A stretch of 64,000 nt of DNA from Bacteroidales bacterium (lineage in GTDB: Bacteria; Bacteroidota; Bacteroidia; Bacteroidales; UBA12077). The translations under genes were made by a program, and so were the position numbers. Location: NCBI GenBank assembly GCA_018334675.1, contig JAGXLL010000003.1:37050-101049 (forward strand), written 5' to 3'. Numbering within the stretch: the first letter of the stretch is position 1; each line of letters opens with the position of its first letter. The notes under the pieces were generated by a model. It was given only the letters and a program-made list of their open reading frames with translations, did no database searches and had not been told where the DNA came from. This document shows, in pieces, positions 7,856 to 17,859 of the stretch.

Positions 7856-9607
7856 TCAGAACAATTTTTTGATGTTGCGCCGGAAAATCAAAAAGCCGGT
7901 CAGAGCCAGGGCAAACCACATCAGGCTCCACCCCCATTCCAAAAAGATGATCTTACCGATCATAAAAAGGATGGAATAGGTAAACAGGATTGAGCTAAGC
8001 CAGGAAGTGACCAGCAGGGGTATGCGCTTATTCTTTTCTTTGGTCAGGGGTCGATCGATGGTCCAGAGCCCCGGTGGGTGCACCCGCCGGTAGAATTCAT
8101 GTAACACCTGCGGATCGGTACGTGGGGTGATCCATGTAACCATCAGCCAGGCTATGGTTGTGATGCCAACGGTAATAAAGAAGCTTTCGGGGAAGTGCAG
8201 GCCATAACCAAACTTAGCCACGGCAAAAACGATAAAGGGCACGATGGTAGCTGTTATCTCACTCCAGGCGTTCACACGCTGCCAGTACCACCGGAGTATC
8301 AAAACCAGGCCCAGGCCGGCCCCACATTCCAGAACGAAGTGCCACACCTGGGTGATAGAAGTAACGATGGTAGTCACATAGAGCGAGAGCAGCATGATCA
8401 GAATCGTGACCAACCGGCTGATCATCACATAATGGCTTTCTTCTTTTCCGGAGCGGGTTCGCTTATGCAGGAACCGCTTATAAAAATCATTGACAATGAA
8501 GCTAGCCCCCCAGTTCAGCTGGGTGGATATCGTGCTCATGTATGCTGCCAGCATGGCCACGAGCAACAGACCCGTCAGCCCGGGTGGCAGGTAATCGCGG
8601 ATGGCCATCACATAGCCCAGACGCTCCTCTCCTTCTCCCAATCCCGGATAAAGCACCAGCGTAGCCAGGGCAACCAGGATCCAGGGCCATGGACGAATAG
8701 CATAATGGGCAATCTGGAAGAAGAGGGTTGCACCGGTGGCGTGTTTCTCATTTTTGGTGCTCATCATCCGCTGGGCTACATAACCACCGCCTCCCGGTTC
8801 GGCTCCCGGATACCAGCTAGCCCACCATTGCACCCCGATGTAAGCCAGGAAGGCCCCGAGGCTGATGCTTAATGTGGAGGCTATATCCCCCTCTCCCTGC
8901 CCCGATCCGATGCGCGGGAAAAACTGAAAAGCCCAGGAAGGCACTTGCTCCTTCAGGCCGGTGATACCTCCCACCTGTTCTGTGGACAGCACGATGATTG
9001 CCAGGATGATGGACCCTGCCATGGCTATGACAAACTGAATGGCATCGGTAATGGCTACACCCAGCAATCCGGCCAGCGTTGAATAAAACGAGGCTACCAG
9101 CATGGCACCTGCTACGTACCATATCAGATATCCCTGAGGTATATCAAAGAAGACCTGCAGGATACTCTCCAGGGCCAGGTTCACCCAGCTGATGATCAGA
9201 ATATTCAGAAAAAGTCCCAGGTACACCGATTTGAACCCCCGTAAAAAAGCGGCTGCCTTGCCACTATAGCGAAACTCAATGAATTCCAGCTCGGTCAATA
9301 CGTTGGCCCGCCTCCACAGATCGGCAAAAAAGAAGGTAGTCAACATCCCCCCTATCAGCATATTCCACCATAGCCAGTTACCTGATATTCCGTGCTGACT
9401 AACCATCTCGGTTACCGCCAGGGGCGTATCGGCCGCAAAGGTGGTGGCAACCATGGATATGCCGGCTATAAACCAGGGCAGTTTGCGCCCCCCCAGAAAA
9501 AAATCAGACAAACTGCGGCTGGCACGGTTTCGGTAACGAAAACCTATATATATGGCCACGGCAATATACAAGAGAATGATAAGCCAATCGAGGAAGGTTA
9601 ATTCCAT
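7856..9607 (-). CDS. Sodium:solute symporter family (SSF) transporter
   Basis: 583 aa, with at least 12 hydrophobic segments. The N-terminus LIILLYIAVAIYIGFRYRNRASRSLSDFFLGGRKLPWFIAGISMVATTFAADTPLAV is typical of SSF proteins. Confidence 0.8.
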   Translation of the reverse strand: MELTFLDWLIILLYIAVAIYIGFRYRNRASRSLSDFFLGGRKLPWFIAGISMVATTFAADTPLAVTEMVSQHGISGNWLWWNMLIGGMLTTFFFADLWRRANVLTELEFIEFRYSGKAAAFLRGFKSVYLGLFLNILIISWVNLALESILQVFFDIPQGYLIWYVAGAMLVASFYSTLAGLLGVAITDAIQFVIAMAGSIILAIIVLSTEQVGGITGLKEQVPSWAFQFFPRIGSGQGEGDIASTLSISLGAFLAYIGVQWWASWYPGAEPGGGGYVAQRMMSTKNEKHATGATLFFQIAHYAIRPWPWILVALATLVLYPGLGEGEERLGYVMAIRDYLPPGLTGLLLVAMLAAYMSTISTQLNWGASFIVNDFYKRFLHKRTRSGKEESHYVMISRLVTILIMLLSLYVTTIVTSITQVWHFVLECGAGLGLVLILRWYWQRVNAWSEITATIVPFIVFAVAKFGYGLHFPESFFITVGITTIAWLMVTWITPRTDPQVLHEFYRRVHPPGLWTIDRPLTKEKNKRIPLLVTSWLSSILFTYSILFMIGKIIFLEWGWSLMWFALALTGFLIFRRNIKKLF

Positions 9608-9822
9608 AGGGGTTGATTTGAATGTTGACCATTGCTTGAAAGGGAGTGAAATTAAAAAATTTCAGCTTACAAAATGCAAAAATCCCGCACAAACCAATCA
9701 AAAGACCTTCTAATGAGAGCAGGCCTTCATTCTGAATTTTAAGAAAAAATTTATATGTTTAAATGTTCAAATCGTTTATTAATCCAGCTATTAAGTAACC
9801 ATAGAATTCAAAAACTGAAATT

Positions 9823-11982
9823 ATGAAGAAGAGGATCTTCACCCTGCTCCTGCTTTCCCTTATTGCAGGGCCATGGAGCTATTCACAGCAAAAACAACTC
9901 ACCCTTGAACAGGCCGTCATCGGAAGATGGCAGGCATTGGCACCGGAGAACATACAGCAATTGAAATGGATACCCAAGACCGGCCGTTTCTCTTTCCTTG
10001 AAAACAAACAATTGATAGAAAATCAAGCGCGAAAGGACAAAAAAAAGACCATCACATCGCTCGAGCAACTGAACCAGGCTTTGCCCGACAGTATGGAGGC
10101 GATGAAACAATTTCCGCGTTTTAGCTGGGCCGGAACCCAGAAGATGCTCTTTCAGCACAACCACCATTGGTTTTTGGTCGATCCCTACCAGAAACAAATG
10201 ATCGGGTCGATGCGGCTGAATAAGGCTGCATCAAACAGCGATTATTGCCATTCCAGCCGCCATATTGCTTACACAATTGATAACAACCTTTTTATAAAAT
10301 CTTTCTCTGGAAATGCCGTGCAGATCACCCACGATCAGGACAAAGGTATTGTCAACGGGCAGGAAGTGCACCGGCGGGAATTTGGTATTCATACCGGCAC
10401 TTTCTGGTCGCCCGGGGGAAAGAAACTGGCTTATTACCGGAAGGATGAAAGGATGGTTAGCGATTATCCCCTGGTGAACATCGATAAAAGGGTAGCCGGA
10501 AAAAAACCAGTAAAATATCCCATGGCAGGTATGAAAAGCCATCACGTGCGCCTGGGGATTTATGATCTGAGAAGCAGGGATACCGTTTATCTGAAAACAG
10601 GAACACCTCGTGATCATTATCTTACCAATGTACAATGGGGACCTGATGGAAAATACATCTATATTGCTCTTCTGAACCGGGACCAGGACCATATGAAGCT
10701 GAACCGCTATGATGCTGCCACTGGTGATCTGGACCAAACCCTATTTGAGGAGACCCATGACAGATATGTGGAACCTCTCCATCCGGTCACTTTTCTGCCC
10801 GCAGACAAAGACCGTTTCATCTGGATGAGCCGGCGCGACGGCTACAACCACATTTATTTATACAATACCGAAGGAGAACTCTTGCGCCAGTTAACTCAAG
10901 GCAAATGGGAAGTTACGGCTATGGAAGGATTCGATTCGCAAGGTAAGAACCTGTTTTTTACTGCCACCAAAGTATCTCCACTTGAGAGGCATCTATACCG
11001 GCTGCGTCTTTCTTCCGGAAAAATCAGCAAACTTACCCGGGAACCCGGTTACCATCGGTGCGAGGTCAATCCTTACGGACCCTGGGTGATGGATCGCTTT
11101 TCCAGCCGCACCAAGCCCAACACCATTCAGGTTCTGAATCAAGATGGCCGCAATCAGCGGATCCTGCTCGAATCGAAAGATCCTCTGAAGGAATATGACC
11201 TGGGCGAAACGGAAATCTCAACCCTACAAGCCGGCGATGGAAAGACCGATCTCTACTATCGCCTGATCAAACCAGCCGATTTTGATCCGCAAAAAAAGTA
11301 TCCGGCCATCATTTATGTCTATGGCGGACCCCATGCTCAGCTCATTCAGAACCGTTGGCTGGGCGCAGCCCGCCTGTGGCAATACTATATGGCACAGAAA
11401 GGCTATGTAATGCTTACCCTGGATAACCGGGGATCGGCCAACAGGGGCCTCGCATTCGAAAACGTGGTACACCGTCAACTGGGAAAACACGAATTGGCGG
11501 ATCAGATGAAAGGAGTAGACCTACTCAAAGACCTCGATTATGTGGACGCATCAAGGATCGGGGTGCACGGATGGAGCTACGGAGGCTTTATGACCGCCTC
11601 CATGATGCTCAAAAAACCGGATGTCTTTCAAGTTGGGGTCGCTGGTGGACCGGTCATCGACTGGAAATATTATGAGGTGATGTACGGAGAAAGGTACATG
11701 GATAGCCCCCAGGATAACCCTGAAGGCTACCGGAATGCCAACCTGAAAAATTTTGTCTCCAACCTGGAGGGTGATCTCATGCTGATACAAGGCTATATAG
11801 ACGACGTGGTGGTGCCACAGCACAGTCTGAGCTTCATTCACGAATCTGTTAAACAAAACGTACAAGTCGATTATTCTATCTATCCCAGGCATCAACACAA
11901 TGTTCGGGGCAAAGACAGGGTACACCTGATGCGAAAAATCACTCAATACTTCGACGACCATCTTAAACATCCAAAGCCTTAA
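9823..11982 (+). CDS. Dipeptidyl-peptidase IV-type S9B serine peptidase
   Basis: 719 aa with a signal peptide and a DPPIV-type N-terminal propeller region. The C-terminal alpha/beta hydrolase carries the nucleophile motif GWSYGGF, then a later Asp (GYIDDVV) and His (HQHNV). Confidence 0.8.
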   Translation: MKKRIFTLLLLSLIAGPWSYSQQKQLTLEQAVIGRWQALAPENIQQLKWIPKTGRFSFLENKQLIENQARKDKKKTITSLEQLNQALPDSMEAMKQFPRFSWAGTQKMLFQHNHHWFLVDPYQKQMIGSMRLNKAASNSDYCHSSRHIAYTIDNNLFIKSFSGNAVQITHDQDKGIVNGQEVHRREFGIHTGTFWSPGGKKLAYYRKDERMVSDYPLVNIDKRVAGKKPVKYPMAGMKSHHVRLGIYDLRSRDTVYLKTGTPRDHYLTNVQWGPDGKYIYIALLNRDQDHMKLNRYDAATGDLDQTLFEETHDRYVEPLHPVTFLPADKDRFIWMSRRDGYNHIYLYNTEGELLRQLTQGKWEVTAMEGFDSQGKNLFFTATKVSPLERHLYRLRLSSGKISKLTREPGYHRCEVNPYGPWVMDRFSSRTKPNTIQVLNQDGRNQRILLESKDPLKEYDLGETEISTLQAGDGKTDLYYRLIKPADFDPQKKYPAIIYVYGGPHAQLIQNRWLGAARLWQYYMAQKGYVMLTLDNRGSANRGLAFENVVHRQLGKHELADQMKGVDLLKDLDYVDASRIGVHGWSYGGFMTASMMLKKPDVFQVGVAGGPVIDWKYYEVMYGERYMDSPQDNPEGYRNANLKNFVSNLEGDLMLIQGYIDDVVVPQHSLSFIHESVKQNVQVDYSIYPRHQHNVRGKDRVHLMRKITQYFDDHLKHPKP

Positions 11983-12109
11983 TTGGTTGTAGAGATCATC
12001 TACCCTTCCATGCTTTGTTTAAATTTTGAATAAAACAGTTTAAACAAAAAGGGTTGTATGAGCGTTTAACAAAACAAATTCAAGCAACATTCAAATACAC
12101 AGGAAAATT

Positions 12110-13717
12110 TTGGAAAGACTGGAATCAAAAATCGACACCACATCGCACTCCTTCGGGGAGCAAGTGGATCAATACCGCCAAATACTGGAAACCTTTCACG
12201 GAAAGATGGACCGCGTTCTATCGGGAGGTGGAGAAAAGGCAATAAAAAAGCACCGGGAAAGGGGCAAGCTTTTGGTGCGGGAGCGCATTGAACAATTGAC
12301 GGATGAGCAGACTCCCTTTCTGGAGCTGTCGCCCCTGGCTGCCAATGATCAATATGAAGATGCTTTTCCTTCGGCGGGCATTGTTACCGGGATAGGCCTG
12401 ATCGAGGGACGCGAGGCAGTGATCGTGGCCAATGACGCCACGGTCAAAGGCGGCACCTACATTCGTGAAACCATCCGCAAGCATGTAAGAGCCCAGGAGG
12501 TAGCCATGGAAAATCATCTGCCAGTGGTGTACATGGTTGACAGTGGAGGGGTCTTTCTGCCGGAACAATCCAGGGTTTTTCCTGACAAGGAAGATTTTGG
12601 CAGGCTGTTTCGCAACCAGGCTCAGATGTCGGCCCGGGGTATACCCCAGATCTCTATAGTAATGGGATCCTGTACGGCAGGAGGTGCCTATGTCCCGGCC
12701 ATGAGTGATGAAACGATCATCGTGCGCAATCAGGGAACCATTTTCATTGGGGGTCCGCCACTGGTCAAGGCGGCCACAGGGGAGGAAGTGACTGACGAAG
12801 AGCTGGGAGGTGCCGAAGTACATACTCGTATATCAGGTGTGGCCGATCATATGGCTGAAGATGATCAGGATGCCCTGCGCATATGCCGGGACATCTTTAA
12901 GGGCCTCCCCCGGCCCTACAAAGAGCCTATGGACATCCAACCAGCCAGGGAGCCCCGCTATGATGCCAGGGAGCTTTACGGGCTGGCGCCCATCGACCTG
13001 AAAAAGCCCATCGATGCCCGAGAGATCATTATGCGCATCGTGGATGACAGCAGCATTCAGGAATTCAAGAAAGACTACGGCACCACCCTTGTCACTGCTT
13101 TCTCCAGGATCATGGGTTATCCCGTCGGGATACTGGCCAACAATGGGGTCATCCACGGGGAGACGGCCAGAAAGGGGGCCCATTTCATTGAGTTGTGCCA
13201 ATACAGGAAAATACCGCTGATCTTTCTCCAAAACATCAGCGGCTTTATAGTAGGGAAAAAATATGAACAGGAAGGGATCGCACGCGATGGGGCCAAGCTG
13301 ATCCACGCCGTGGCCAATGCCAATGTCCCCAAGTTCACCGTCATCTTTGGCGGTTCATTCGGTGCCGGCAACTATGCCATGGCCGGCCGGGCTTATGATC
13401 CCCGGTTGTTGCTGATGTGGCCCAATGCCAAAATATCGGTCATGGGCGGTGAACAGGCGGCCAGTGTGCTGACCAGCATCCGGGAAGCTCAGCTAAAAAA
13501 AGCCGGCAAAACGCCTGAAGATAAGGAGATACAGGATTTCAGACAAAAGATGCTGGAGCGATATGAATACGAGGGTTCAGCTTATTACAGCACCTCCCGT
13601 GTATGGGACGACGGCATCATCGATCCGGTCGATACCCGGAAAGTTCTGGCTATGGGAATCGCCCTGGCGAGGAATGCCCCCTTTGAAGAACCACGAAATG
13701 GTATATTTAGAATGTAA
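12110..13717 (+). CDS. mccB: Methylcrotonyl-CoA carboxylase, carboxyltransferase (beta) subunit
   Basis: 535 aa with a TTG start. GGGEKAIKKHRERGKLLVRERIEQL...PFLELSPLAA and the length are characteristic of MCCase beta / acyl-CoA carboxyltransferases. The context includes the biotin carboxylase subunit. Confidence 0.8.
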   Translation: MERLESKIDTTSHSFGEQVDQYRQILETFHGKMDRVLSGGGEKAIKKHRERGKLLVRERIEQLTDEQTPFLELSPLAANDQYEDAFPSAGIVTGIGLIEGREAVIVANDATVKGGTYIRETIRKHVRAQEVAMENHLPVVYMVDSGGVFLPEQSRVFPDKEDFGRLFRNQAQMSARGIPQISIVMGSCTAGGAYVPAMSDETIIVRNQGTIFIGGPPLVKAATGEEVTDEELGGAEVHTRISGVADHMAEDDQDALRICRDIFKGLPRPYKEPMDIQPAREPRYDARELYGLAPIDLKKPIDAREIIMRIVDDSSIQEFKKDYGTTLVTAFSRIMGYPVGILANNGVIHGETARKGAHFIELCQYRKIPLIFLQNISGFIVGKKYEQEGIARDGAKLIHAVANANVPKFTVIFGGSFGAGNYAMAGRAYDPRLLLMWPNAKISVMGGEQAASVLTSIREAQLKKAGKTPEDKEIQDFRQKMLERYEYEGSAYYSTSRVWDDGIIDPVDTRKVLAMGIALARNAPFEEPRNGIFRM

Positions 13718-13728
13718 ATCTTTCAGTC

Positions 13729-14520
13729 ATGAATCATTTCAGTACCCTACAATTTCATATCCGGGACCGGGTTGCTTACCTGACCCTCAACAGACCTGAG
13801 GTGCGCAATGCCTTCAACGATCAGATGATGGGTGAGCTGAGAGAGGCCTTCTCGTTGGTCAATGATAACAGGGAGCTCATTGCGGTGATTCTCAGAGGTA
13901 ACGGACCGGTATTCAGCGCTGGTGCCGACCTGAACTGGATGAAAAGCACCCTGCACAACTCCTATGAACAGAACCGGACAGACAGCAGCCAGCTGCAGGA
14001 ACTCTTTGAAGCCTTCTTCCACATCGGGCCACCTGCCATTACCATCCTACACGGTGCCTGCATCGGAGGTGCCAATGGCCTGGCCGCGGCATCAGATATT
14101 GTGCTGGCCGAAGAACAAACCCAGTTTCGGTTCAGCGAAGTGCGGCTGGGTCTGATCCCGGCCACAATCGCTCCTTTTGTCATTCACCGTATGGGACCCC
14201 AGGCCGCCAAATACTACATGCTCTCAGGAAAGGCATTCAGGGGGGAAGAGGCCCTTCGCAACGGTCTGGTTAATGCAATTGGAGACCAGGAAAAACTGGA
14301 CACCGAACTGGACATCCTGCTCAAAGAACTGCCCAATAACAGTGCTCAGGCTATGTGGGAAACCAAACGACTGATCAACCAAATCGGTATGCTCACGGAT
14401 GAGCAGAAGATCAGGGAGCATACAGTCGATGCCATTGCCACAGCCAGGGTTAGTGAAGATGGTCAGGAAGGCATGCAGGCTTTCCTGGAGAAAAGAAAAC
14501 CCCGGTGGGTTCACCGGTAA
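13729..14520 (+). CDS. Enoyl-CoA hydratase/isomerase family (methylglutaconyl-CoA hydratase-like by context)
   Basis: 263 aa with crotonase-fold motifs (LTLNRPEVRNAF, FSAGADL, GGANGLA). It is sandwiched between the two MCCase subunits, as in Liu-type clusters. Confidence 0.75.
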   Translation: MNHFSTLQFHIRDRVAYLTLNRPEVRNAFNDQMMGELREAFSLVNDNRELIAVILRGNGPVFSAGADLNWMKSTLHNSYEQNRTDSSQLQELFEAFFHIGPPAITILHGACIGGANGLAAASDIVLAEEQTQFRFSEVRLGLIPATIAPFVIHRMGPQAAKYYMLSGKAFRGEEALRNGLVNAIGDQEKLDTELDILLKELPNNSAQAMWETKRLINQIGMLTDEQKIREHTVDAIATARVSEDGQEGMQAFLEKRKPRWVHR

Positions 14521-14611
14521 CAAAACGAACAAAAGATGTGCCAGGAATCAGACGATAATAACAGAACAGAAAATATCAAATAAGGGAAACAGGTATCAAA
14601 CAACATACAAA

Positions 14612-16591
14612 GTGAAAAAGATACAGAAAATACTGGTAGCCAACCGAGGTGAGATTGCCGTTAGAATCATACAAACGGCAAAACGGATGAACATCACCAC
14701 GGTTGCCGTTTATACAGAGCATGAGGGAAACCCTATGCACCGTGAAGTAGCTGATGAATCCTGGTCGCTGGGAGCAGGTAATCTAACGCAAACATACCTG
14801 GATATCCCATTGATCATGGACATCGCCCAAAAAAGCGGGGCCGACGCCATTCACCCCGGTTATGGTTTTCTGGCTGAAAACCCCGGACTGGCCAAAGCAT
14901 GTGAGCTAAACGGTATCCTGTTCATTGGTCCCCCCGAAAATGCCATACATACCATGGGCAACAAGCTGGAGGCCGCCCGCTTCGTGGAATCCCTTCATAT
15001 ACCCCTGCTCAACTTAAAAACCGGTACCCATGCTGAACTGATGGATCAGGTGACGCCTGGCGATTTTCCCCTGATGATCAAAGCAGCGGCAGGAGGGGGC
15101 GGCAAAGGCATGCGCATCATCCATGATCCGGATAAGCTAAGCGAAGCCCTTACTGCTACTGCCAGAGAAGCCAACAATTATTTCCGCAATCCGGATGTTT
15201 ACATCGAAAAATATGTAGCCGAGCCCAAACACGTGGAGATCCAGGTTCTGGCAGATGAGCACGGCAATTGTGTTCATCTTTTTGAGCGGGAATGCTCCAT
15301 TCAAAGAAGACACCAAAAGATCATAGAAGAGGCTCCCTCCCCTTCCCTGGATGAGACCACCCGTGAAAAGATGGGAGCCACTGCCGTTACTATTGCCAGG
15401 GAAATTGGATATACCGGTGCAGGGACAGTGGAATTTCTGCTCGATGAACAACAACGCTTTTTTTTCCTGGAGATGAATACCCGAATCCAGGTAGAACATC
15501 CCATAACCGAGATGATCACCGGTAAAGACCTGGTACACGAACAGATCCGCATCGCCCAGGGATACCCCCTATCCTTTAAACAAAGTGACCTGATCATTCA
15601 TGGACATGCCGTGGAGGCACGTATCTATGCCGAAGATCCCCATAACGATTTTATGCCCTCCCCCGGGGTTATTACCCGTTTCACTGCACCTGAGGGCACC
15701 GGCATCAGAACCGATACAGGGGTACGCTCGAGGGATGAGATATCTTCCGAGTACGACCCCATGATAGCCAAGGTAGTTGCCTGGGACGAAAAACGCACCT
15801 CAGCCATTGATCGCTTACGAATGGCTCTGGATAAAACTATAATCACCGGTATTCGAAACAACCGTTCCTATTTGGATCAAATTTTGAATCACCCTTATTT
15901 TACTGATAATAAGTTCACAACACGTTTTATCGAGCGGCACCATGAAGAACTGACAGAAAATCTTGAATGGCAAAAGGCAAATCAGGATAAGGCTTCATTA
16001 CTGGCTGCCTATATCTTTATCCGAAGCATGCCCAGGCAAAAGCAAAACGATGAACCCGCCTGGAAAGAAATTGGATACTGGAGGCCTCATATGCATTGGG
16101 ACATTCAGCTGGATGGACAACCCTTCGGGTGCCGGTTTAAAAGATACAATCATCAATTAACCTTGCAATTTGATCAAACCCCCCATCACTTCGAGCTTAA
16201 AAATACCGGTGGAGATTGGGTTACCCTTGAGTCGAAGGGGAGCCGAATAAGGGTATATTATTCTGAAAAGCGACATGAGACAGAAATTTCGGCGGAAGGG
16301 ATAACCCATCTTGCAGGGCATCATGGTTACCTCAGGACACTACAAAACAAAAAGGCCATCCATGCCCATCAGGAAATATCGCATACCATCAGCTCTCCAA
16401 TGTTTGGCAAAGTGCTGAGCATTGAGGTCAATGAACAAATGACAGTCAAAAAAGGACAAACCCTAATGATTCTGGAAGCCATGAAAATGGAAAACAACAT
16501 TCAGGCTCCGCAGGATACCACCATAAAACATATAGCGGTAAAAGAAGGGGATCAGGTCGAAGACGGACAACTCCTTTTAGAAACGTTATAG
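14612..16591 (+). CDS. mccA: Methylcrotonyl-CoA carboxylase, biotin carboxylase + BCCP (alpha) subunit
   Basis: I place the start at GTG 14612 (VKKIQKILVANRGEIAVRII, a canonical biotin-carboxylase N-terminus). The listed ORF start 14399 overlaps the previous gene. The C-terminal biotinyl motif EAMKMEN is present. Confidence 0.85.
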   Translation: MKKIQKILVANRGEIAVRIIQTAKRMNITTVAVYTEHEGNPMHREVADESWSLGAGNLTQTYLDIPLIMDIAQKSGADAIHPGYGFLAENPGLAKACELNGILFIGPPENAIHTMGNKLEAARFVESLHIPLLNLKTGTHAELMDQVTPGDFPLMIKAAAGGGGKGMRIIHDPDKLSEALTATAREANNYFRNPDVYIEKYVAEPKHVEIQVLADEHGNCVHLFERECSIQRRHQKIIEEAPSPSLDETTREKMGATAVTIAREIGYTGAGTVEFLLDEQQRFFFLEMNTRIQVEHPITEMITGKDLVHEQIRIAQGYPLSFKQSDLIIHGHAVEARIYAEDPHNDFMPSPGVITRFTAPEGTGIRTDTGVRSRDEISSEYDPMIAKVVAWDEKRTSAIDRLRMALDKTIITGIRNNRSYLDQILNHPYFTDNKFTTRFIERHHEELTENLEWQKANQDKASLLAAYIFIRSMPRQKQNDEPAWKEIGYWRPHMHWDIQLDGQPFGCRFKRYNHQLTLQFDQTPHHFELKNTGGDWVTLESKGSRIRVYYSEKRHETEISAEGITHLAGHHGYLRTLQNKKAIHAHQEISHTISSPMFGKVLSIEVNEQMTVKKGQTLMILEAMKMENNIQAPQDTTIKHIAVKEGDQVEDGQLLLETL

Positions 16592-16627
16592 CAAATCGAA
16601 CATGAACCATTTTCAAACTATACAACG

Positions 16628-17773
16628 ATGAATCCTTTTACAACAGACAAACATGAAGCATTCAGGAATAAAATACGGGAATTTGCGGAGCAGGAGATCC
16701 GGCCCGAAGCAAGGAAGCTGGACCAGGAAGAGCGCTTCTCCCCTGAACTGACTCAAAAGATGGCCGGACAGGGCCTGTTCGGAGTAGCCATTCCCGGGCA
16801 ATATGGTGGACAGGGACTGGATTACATGGCCCTTGTCATTGCCGTGGAAGAGATTGCCCGAATCGACGGATCACAGGCAGCCACCATCACCGCGGTCAAT
16901 TCCCTGGGCCTCGGACCCATATATAAATATGGCACGGAAAAACAAAGGCAACGGTTCCTGCCTCCCATCACCCGGGATGGCAAGACCTGGGCCTTTGGCC
17001 TTACCGAAAGAGATGCCGGCTCCGACAGCGGATCAACCCGCACCCATGCCGAACTCATTGATGGCCTTTGGCACATCAACGGATCCAAGATGTTCATATC
17101 CAACAGCACCAGTGATATCTCGGCCGGCATCACCGTTCAGGCCATAACCGGCAAGCAAGGTGACCGCGATGAGTTTTCCACCATCCTGGTGGAAGCGGAC
17201 CGGGAAGGTTACATCCGCCGGCCTATCCATAACAAAATGGTATGGCGTGCCGCCGACACCGGCGAGCTCCAGTTCCGGGATGTGACGGTTCCCGAGGAAA
17301 ACCTGCTGGGAGAAAGGGGCAAGGGACACCGCATCATGCTGGAAACCCTGGACTCCGGTCGTTTAACCGTGGGTGCCATGGGACTTGGTTTGGCCCGCGG
17401 AGCCTATGAGATGGCCCTTGACTATGCCCAGAAGCGCGTGCAGTTTGGCCGCCCCATCAGCAAATTCCAGTCCATCTCATTCAAACTGGCCGAGATGGCT
17501 ACAAAAATAGAAACTGCTAAAAACATGCTTTATCAAGCTGCCTGGTTAAAGATCCACGATCAGCCCTTTGGTAAGGAAGCGGCTATGGCCAAGCTTTATA
17601 CATCCGAGGTGGCCAAGGAGGTTGCTGATGAAGCCGTTCAGATTCATGGCGGTTATGGCTTGATCCAGGAGTACGACATCGAACGTTTCTTCCGCGACCA
17701 GCGCATCCTTCAGATTGGAGAGGGTACTTCCGAAGTGCTTAAGCTGGTGATCGCCAGAAAAATCGGGCTATGA
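16628..17773 (+). CDS. Acyl-CoA dehydrogenase (short/branched-chain type; an isovaleryl-CoA role is inferred from context only)
   Basis: 381 aa with ACAD architecture. The C-terminal motif is QIGEGTSEV, so the Glu sits at the MCAD/SCAD catalytic-base position rather than the GAGT I recall for canonical isovaleryl-CoA dehydrogenases. Confidence 0.8.
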   Translation: MNPFTTDKHEAFRNKIREFAEQEIRPEARKLDQEERFSPELTQKMAGQGLFGVAIPGQYGGQGLDYMALVIAVEEIARIDGSQAATITAVNSLGLGPIYKYGTEKQRQRFLPPITRDGKTWAFGLTERDAGSDSGSTRTHAELIDGLWHINGSKMFISNSTSDISAGITVQAITGKQGDRDEFSTILVEADREGYIRRPIHNKMVWRAADTGELQFRDVTVPEENLLGERGKGHRIMLETLDSGRLTVGAMGLGLARGAYEMALDYAQKRVQFGRPISKFQSISFKLAEMATKIETAKNMLYQAAWLKIHDQPFGKEAAMAKLYTSEVAKEVADEAVQIHGGYGLIQEYDIERFFRDQRILQIGEGTSEVLKLVIARKIGL

Positions 17774-17859
17774 TGCATGGCTGTATCGCAATAGTACGTT
17801 TATTATAGTATTACCAATAAAATTTCACCTTTGTCCAAAAAATAAATGACCGCAATCTA

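Noticed and set aside
8195-8872. 225-aa plus-strand ORF
   Set aside because: It is antisense to the sodium:solute symporter and has no motifs.
12015-12045. AT-rich inverted repeat tgtttaaa...tttaaaca after the DPP IV gene as a terminator
   Set aside because: The stem is entirely A/T with a long loop, so it is unlikely to be a stable intrinsic terminator.
14399-14611. 5' extension of the MCCase alpha ORF (listed start 14399)
   Set aside because: It would overlap the hydratase gene by 122 nt and add a non-homologous leader. The canonical biotin-carboxylase N-terminus starts at GTG 14612.
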